From IMG/VR virus record IMGVR_UViG_3300021475_000005: DNA of 64,000 nucleotides; one strand, written 5' to 3'. Below, piece by piece: positions 59,115 through 64,000 of the stretch (position 1 is its first letter; the number at the start of each line of letters is the position of its first letter). The notes beneath the pieces are model-generated. The model searched no databases and had not been told where the DNA came from. It saw only the letters and a program-made list of their open reading frames with translations. The stretch comes from a virus. Lineage: Duplodnaviria; Heunggongvirae; Uroviricota; Caudoviricetes. The translations under genes were made by a program, and so were the position numbers.

Positions 59115-61574
59115 ACAACCCTCACTAGCATGAAACAATTCCACAAATACGTTCACACATTTTACGGGATTGAGGGCGTATACGATATGGGTGCGACAGG
59201 CGCACAAATAGCGGAAGCGACTCACACTTATCTCGTAGGGCTTGCGAGTGGTCAAATGCCCGGCGCGACATGGGGTGATGGCGACTCCATTGATCGTGAA
59301 CGGGTGCGCGATATCCTGATTGAACGATTCGGATTGAGGTTTCCGTCATGATGCACTTCGTTGGATTCATTCATCCCAATATCGGGGCGGACGTGGCGTA
59401 TAACAAAGCCGTGCGCGTGTTCGGAAAGCCGGACTTTGTACATCGCCGTTGGGATGTGCGCGCCAAGCAAGAGATTGCACCGGGCGACGTGGCGATTTTC
59501 GCGAAAGGATCGATTAACGATGAACCGGACGTGAACGCATACGACGATTCAGCGTTTCAGTGAGGAGGGCCGGGCGGTGCCGGTGATGCGCAGGCGCGGT
59601 TCGATTCCCTGCCCCTCCGCTTTTCAGAAGGCTTTAACCTTTACGCCTATTAGGAATTGGTGAGGTGGACGTTATGTCCACCTCACAAACACCGCTTAGA
59701 GCCAACGATGCCTAATCGCATACCCTCCGGCTGTGTCAGGCTCGCCATTCCGTCGCCCGTGAGGTTTTTTCGTGCCATTAGGGAACATGCGCGAGGACAT
59801 AGAATAAACAACGTGAAAACCCATGTCCATTCCGCAGCCGCCAACCGTGAGCGACCCATCATCATTCCACTTGTAGCCGAGTAGGTCCGCCACAAGGCCA
59901 GTCACGTTGACCGGGACATATTGAACGCGTTTCTTGCCATCATAGTCTTTTGATTCCTCGCGGGCCGTTGCGATAACTGAGATATGCCGCGACATGCCAT
60001 TGCGAGAAACCGATTTAAGAACCGTGAAGGCCACATCACCGGGCTTAAAGTATTGGCGAAGTTTCGCCGCCGCATTTTCGGCATTAACTTTTTTGCCTTT
60101 GGCTTCACTGATTCGCTTTGCGCCAGAATGATATTCCGGATGAAGCGTTTTAAAGACGCTTCCATCCGTATCTTGCATATAGACCATCTTTCCCATGTGC
60201 TCGACTCCTTTGTTTGTTATGCAGCCTTTGTAAGCCTAAGAAAAAGCATTGTCAACCCACGAAAGCCAAATAATTGGCATTGACAACCCACGCGAGCCAT
60301 GATCTAAGAGGGGCAACAATCAAAACAGGAGTCGCTATGGCGAATAATCTCGCGGACGTTGTTAGGAACTCGATCATAAACGGATTCGAGGCCCAAGCAA
60401 CCGCGCACGGCGCGGCGCTGCATAAAGCAGCCGTCGCCGCCCGTGCGCGTGACCCGCTCATAGCGTTCCTAATTGACACTTTCACCCGGCAAGTGCGGGA
60501 ACGTGGGATAAGGGCCCAAGCCTGTCAGGGACGCGGTGAGAGGCTACAGGCGCTACGGATGGCAGAGTCGGCGATGGCAGCGGCGGAGAATTTGCGCCGG
60601 GTGCGTGAGGCGGTGAATAGTTAAAAAGGCTGCTAGTCGCATAAAGGTTAAGCTACTATTATATGCTCATGGTGATTCCAGAATCGATTTTTTGTTATAG
60701 CTAAATTTCCGTCAAAACAAAACACGCTCAGGAAAATTTCCATCGCAGTAAAAACGTGCTTAGAAAAATTTCCAAAATTGAAAATCACCCTCGGAAAATT
60801 TCTACCACGAAAAAATCCTCTTTGTCAACCGACGCAAGCCAAATAATTTCCGATTGACAACCATCACAAGCCATGATCTAAGAGGGGCAACAAACAAAAC
60901 AGGAGTCGAACATGGAAATCGTGAAAACCTACATTCCCGGCCTGCCTGTCATCGACTCAACCGGAGCAATTACGGAACGCCCGGCATTGGAATTGATGGC
61001 AGTTCTTACGAAGGATAGCTCCGGCCTCTATGCGGCCTATGTAGCCCTCGTGCCCTGCCACGCACGCAAAGACGATCAACTAGAGGCGTCGATCCACGAC
61101 AAGAACGCCGACGCCGTGGCGCACAAGGGTTCAAAGCTTCGCTACAATGAACTCGCCCCCTACTTCCGGGGCATCAAGGAATCGGAATACCGCGCGTGAC
61201 ATGCGGGCGCTGCAAATGGTTTGATCCGGACCTAGCGTCGAACGATGATCCAGCGGAGGCGTTAGGGCTTTGTCAGTACCCGCCAGAACGCCTGCCATTC
61301 TCCATGCAATTCGCGAATTGCGAGCGCTCATGTGTATGCCCGTTAGAAGGCGAGAGATGCGCGACGTTTGAGGCTGGAGTCTATGTCCCGCCGCCCGGCA
61401 GAAGACCTCTCACAATTGGTTAACGACACGCCCGAGTCCGTTAACCTTAATGCCGTTAAGGTTAACGCCGTCCGGAAATCCATTAAGGTTAACGGCGTTA
61501 AGGTTAATTTTGGAAAAGTTAATAATGGTCGCATTTGCGCGCCGGATCGCGAGCGCGCCCCAGAAAATGATCGA

Positions 61575-61942
61575 GCGCACGATATAGAACGAAACCGCGC
61601 ACGGTATGGGCGCGCGTCACAAAATGCGCCTGCGCACGATATAGCGCGCCAGAAAATGATTCAGCGCACGGTAGGGAATGGAATCGCGCACGGTATAGGG
61701 CCGAATATGACAACACCCGCGACCGGAGGGGCTGAGGTCGCGGGTGTTGTTAGGCGGGAGGAGATCGTCGCCTGAAATCGACGAGGGCTTTGGCAGATCG
61801 GGGGGAGCGGGATGCCGGGGCTCGTGGTCGTCGATGTGTCGGGTTCTATGACTGATTCGGTCAGAGGTCAAGCCCCAAAATGCGCCTGCGCACGGTATGG
61901 GACGGATTGCGCGCCGAAAAAGATGCATGCGCACGGTATGGG
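61575..61942 (+). repeat. seven dispersed GCGCACG(G/A)TA repeats
   Basis: Copies near 61575, 61597, 61633, 61664, 61687, 61888 and 61929 in a gene-poor stretch. Confidence 0.75.
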
Positions 61943-62372
61943 ACGAAAATGCCTGCTCGATCAATGACTTACAAACAGCTTGACATATCGAGAGTCACAT
62001 TTTCCCGGGAGTGTGACTCTTTGGCTGCTACACGGTTTGTCGGCTGTCAAATTTGAGACAAGTTGACGCAGCTAGATGTAGTGGTCGATTTGGGCGATGT
62101 GTCGGGAATGCCGACAAGTTCGGAATTTGGTAATGAAATCAATGGGTTAGGAGGAAGAGTCACAAATTCCCCAAAGTGTGACTTTTCACATGAGAATGAG
62201 ACGCAAGAGCAAGGGATCAATGTCGGCGTTAGGATTAATGCCGTTAAGGTTAATGGCTTTAAGGTTAACGCCCCCTGCGCGAGCGCGGAAAACCTCGAAA
62301 AACATGGTTAACGGCCAATGTTTGACCCGATATAGCCTGTCTTAGAGTGGTTAAGGCAGGCTATATCGGTCA

Positions 62373-64000
62373 TTAGCCCATACTCGTCACTTTGCGGCTG
62401 CCATAGCGGCCTCGACGTTTGCCTTTGAACCACTTGAGAGCTTGAGACATGGCGTCCACTTGGTCGTCATGCGCGCCGTCAGGGAACTGTCCCAGTTCCT
62501 GCATGAACAGTTCAGTCCATGATGCGTCTTCCGGCACCCACACTTCCCCTGCTTCGATGAGAGGGCTGATTTCGTCGAACCGGAACTCTTTGCCTTGAGC
62601 CGGATTGACCTTGATGGCGACGAGTGGTGCCGGTGCCGCTCGCTTCTGACCGTCCGTCGCTCCTCTGTGTTGGAGGTAAGAGTTGCCAGCGCCCTTATCT
62701 TCGATGAGGATCGCATCGACCTCCCAGAGGCGCGCAAGACGCTCAATTGTGCTGATCATGTCATTGAATTCGACCTTTTTTCGGTCCTGATCGAGCAAAT
62801 AATGCTTACCATCGTGACCTAATCCCCAGATTTGCACGACCGTGTAGTCTGATCGTTCTGTCTTGGTGGAAGCCGTATCAACGCTCGCGACAATACGCCG
62901 ATAGTAATCTCGCTTATTAATCAGTACACGTCCTGTTTCAGGATCAATGGAGTTTTTGTCTTTCGCATCTCGGATCGCTGCATCGGTGAGATGTGGCGCA
63001 GTGCGATAGAATTTAATTTTACTTGCAATGCTTGTGTCATCAGCAGCAGACGGCGATTGCTGAAAGACCAAAAAGAATCTGGCAAAACTCCAGGTTGCAC
63101 GGAACGTTTGGAAATGCGCTAGGTTGTAGTATTCCCATAAAACTTCACCTAATGATCTTTTTAACATATCGTTATCTGGATCATAACATATTGCAGGAAT
63201 CGCGAAGATTTTATAGCGTGCGTTCTCGGCGAGTCGTTTGTTTGCTTCGATGATTTCGCCTGTGAGATCGTGCTCGTTGAAGCGAGTCATAATCACGAAC
63301 ACAGTCGCACCGGGTAACAAACGCGAACAGAGATCGCCGAAGAACCATGTCTTGACTTTCTCACGCATCGCTGGTGATTCAGCGTCTTCGATTTTACCGT
63401 AAGGATCGTCAACGCAAACAAAGTTCGCACGAAATCCGTGTACGGATTGTCCAGCACCTTTAGCAGTATACTGACCTTCAGTACCTGCCAACGCCCATTG
63501 CGCAGCAGCGCGGGTGTCGCTCGAAATTACAATCTCGGGGAATACATCGTGATATGCTTTGCCGGTAACAAGTCCGCGAATCTTTTTTGAGAATTCGTTT
63601 TCAACGAATGTCTGTGAGTGACCACCACCGATAATTTTGTCACGCGGTCGTCGTCCTAGACGCCACGCAACATATAGACGAGACGCGTAAGTCGAATTGT
63701 GGACGATCACGTCGTTTGCAACGAACGTTGAATCTTCCTCGACCGTCAAGCAAAAGCATTCTTCTTCACCGGCTGGAAGCACACTATGAATTGCATCAAA
63801 GGGAGGTAATGGTTCTACATGTTTGCGTTTCTCGGTGAAGCGTGTCGCTAAGCGTTCGCTGAACGTGAAGTGCTGTATATATGCCTCGATCTGGCGAGGC
63901 AGAAAACGAAGCTGAGCAGCAGGAATCTTATCACCACCAGTTTCGCGATACACAGGCGCAACACCATAGCGAGCCAGTAAAGATTGTAACTGTTTCGCGT
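62373..64000 (-). CDS. terL: terminase large subunit (5' end outside the window) with intein
   Basis: VCVDDPY Walker B; IMTRF coupling motif; SVDTA; IEDKGAG; HDDQVDA nuclease motif. Confidence 0.93.
   Translation of the reverse strand, partial: AKQLQSLLARYGVAPVYRETGGDKIPAAQLRFLPRQIEAYIQHFTFSERLATRFTEKRKHVEPLPPFDAIHSVLPAGEEECFCLTVEEDSTFVANDVIVHNSTYASRLYVAWRLGRRPRDKIIGGGHSQTFVENEFSKKIRGLVTGKAYHDVFPEIVISSDTRAAAQWALAGTEGQYTAKGAGQSVHGFRANFVCVDDPYGKIEDAESPAMREKVKTWFFGDLCSRLLPGATVFVIMTRFNEHDLTGEIIEANKRLAENARYKIFAIPAICYDPDNDMLKRSLGEVLWEYYNLAHFQTFRATWSFARFFLVFQQSPSAADDTSIASKIKFYRTAPHLTDAAIRDAKDKNSIDPETGRVLINKRDYYRRIVASVDTASTKTERSDYTVVQIWGLGHDGKHYLLDQDRKKVEFNDMISTIERLARLWEVDAILIEDKGAGNSYLQHRGATDGQKRAAPAPLVAIKVNPAQGKEFRFDEISPLIEAGEVWVPEDASWTELFMQELGQFPDGAHDDQVDAMSQALKWFKGKRRGRYGSRKVTSMG
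63696..64000 (-). mobile_element. intein, C-terminal part
   Basis: CFCLTVEEDSTFVANDVIVHN followed by Ser (+1), at the position expected for the Walker A K-S/T junction. Confidence 0.9.

Larger units (their letters stand above)
53300..62320. other. early/host-takeover block, probable long terminal repeat region
   Basis: Short genes on both strands, most with an (A)GGAGTC RBS (e.g. 53793..54143-, 54450..54863-, 55189..55425+, 55453..55677+, 55905..56348-, 57120..57743-, 58202..58969-, 59112..59351+, 59696..60196-, 60337..60624+, 60912..61199+); repeated promoters; sits between terL and portal. Confidence 0.65.

Noticed and set aside
61575-61942. CRISPR-like array
   Set aside because: Repeats are only ~10-14 nt, irregularly spaced, and there are no cas genes
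55738-62311. Canonical CtrA boxes (TTAA-N7-TTAA)
   Set aside because: Adjacent TTAA spacings I checked are 2-6 nt, so only half-sites can be claimed

Overview
This is 64 kb of a large lytic siphophage genome, organised like the phiCbK-like phages of Alphaproteobacteria (inferred from gene order and content; no database search was possible). The structural genes run on the minus strand. From right to left they are: intein-containing terminase large subunit (truncated at the right edge), a ~9 kb block of small early-type genes with repeated promoter cassettes (probable terminal-repeat/host-takeover region), portal, many small accessory genes, a Ro60/TROVE gene with an upstream array of Y-RNA-like ncRNAs, scaffold, major and minor capsid, speD, a papain-like protease, a repetitive virion-appendage cluster, a plus-strand ABC/OmpA operon, PhoH, neck and tail genes, tail tube, a frameshifted tail chaperone and the start of the tape measure. 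There are 37 tRNA genes (plus 2 tRNA-like remnants) in four clusters with non-overlapping amino-acid sets, covering 19 amino acids (no Met). Main discovery: the two large tRNA operons are each preceded by a promoter and a short leader ORF whose codons are almost exclusively those read by the tRNAs of that same operon. For the 12-tRNA operon the leader sits in a textbook 1:2 / 2:3 / 3:4 attenuator with an intrinsic terminator. This looks like a codon-matched, ribosome-sensing attenuation system that switches on phage tRNA arrays when the matching host tRNAs are depleted or cleaved.
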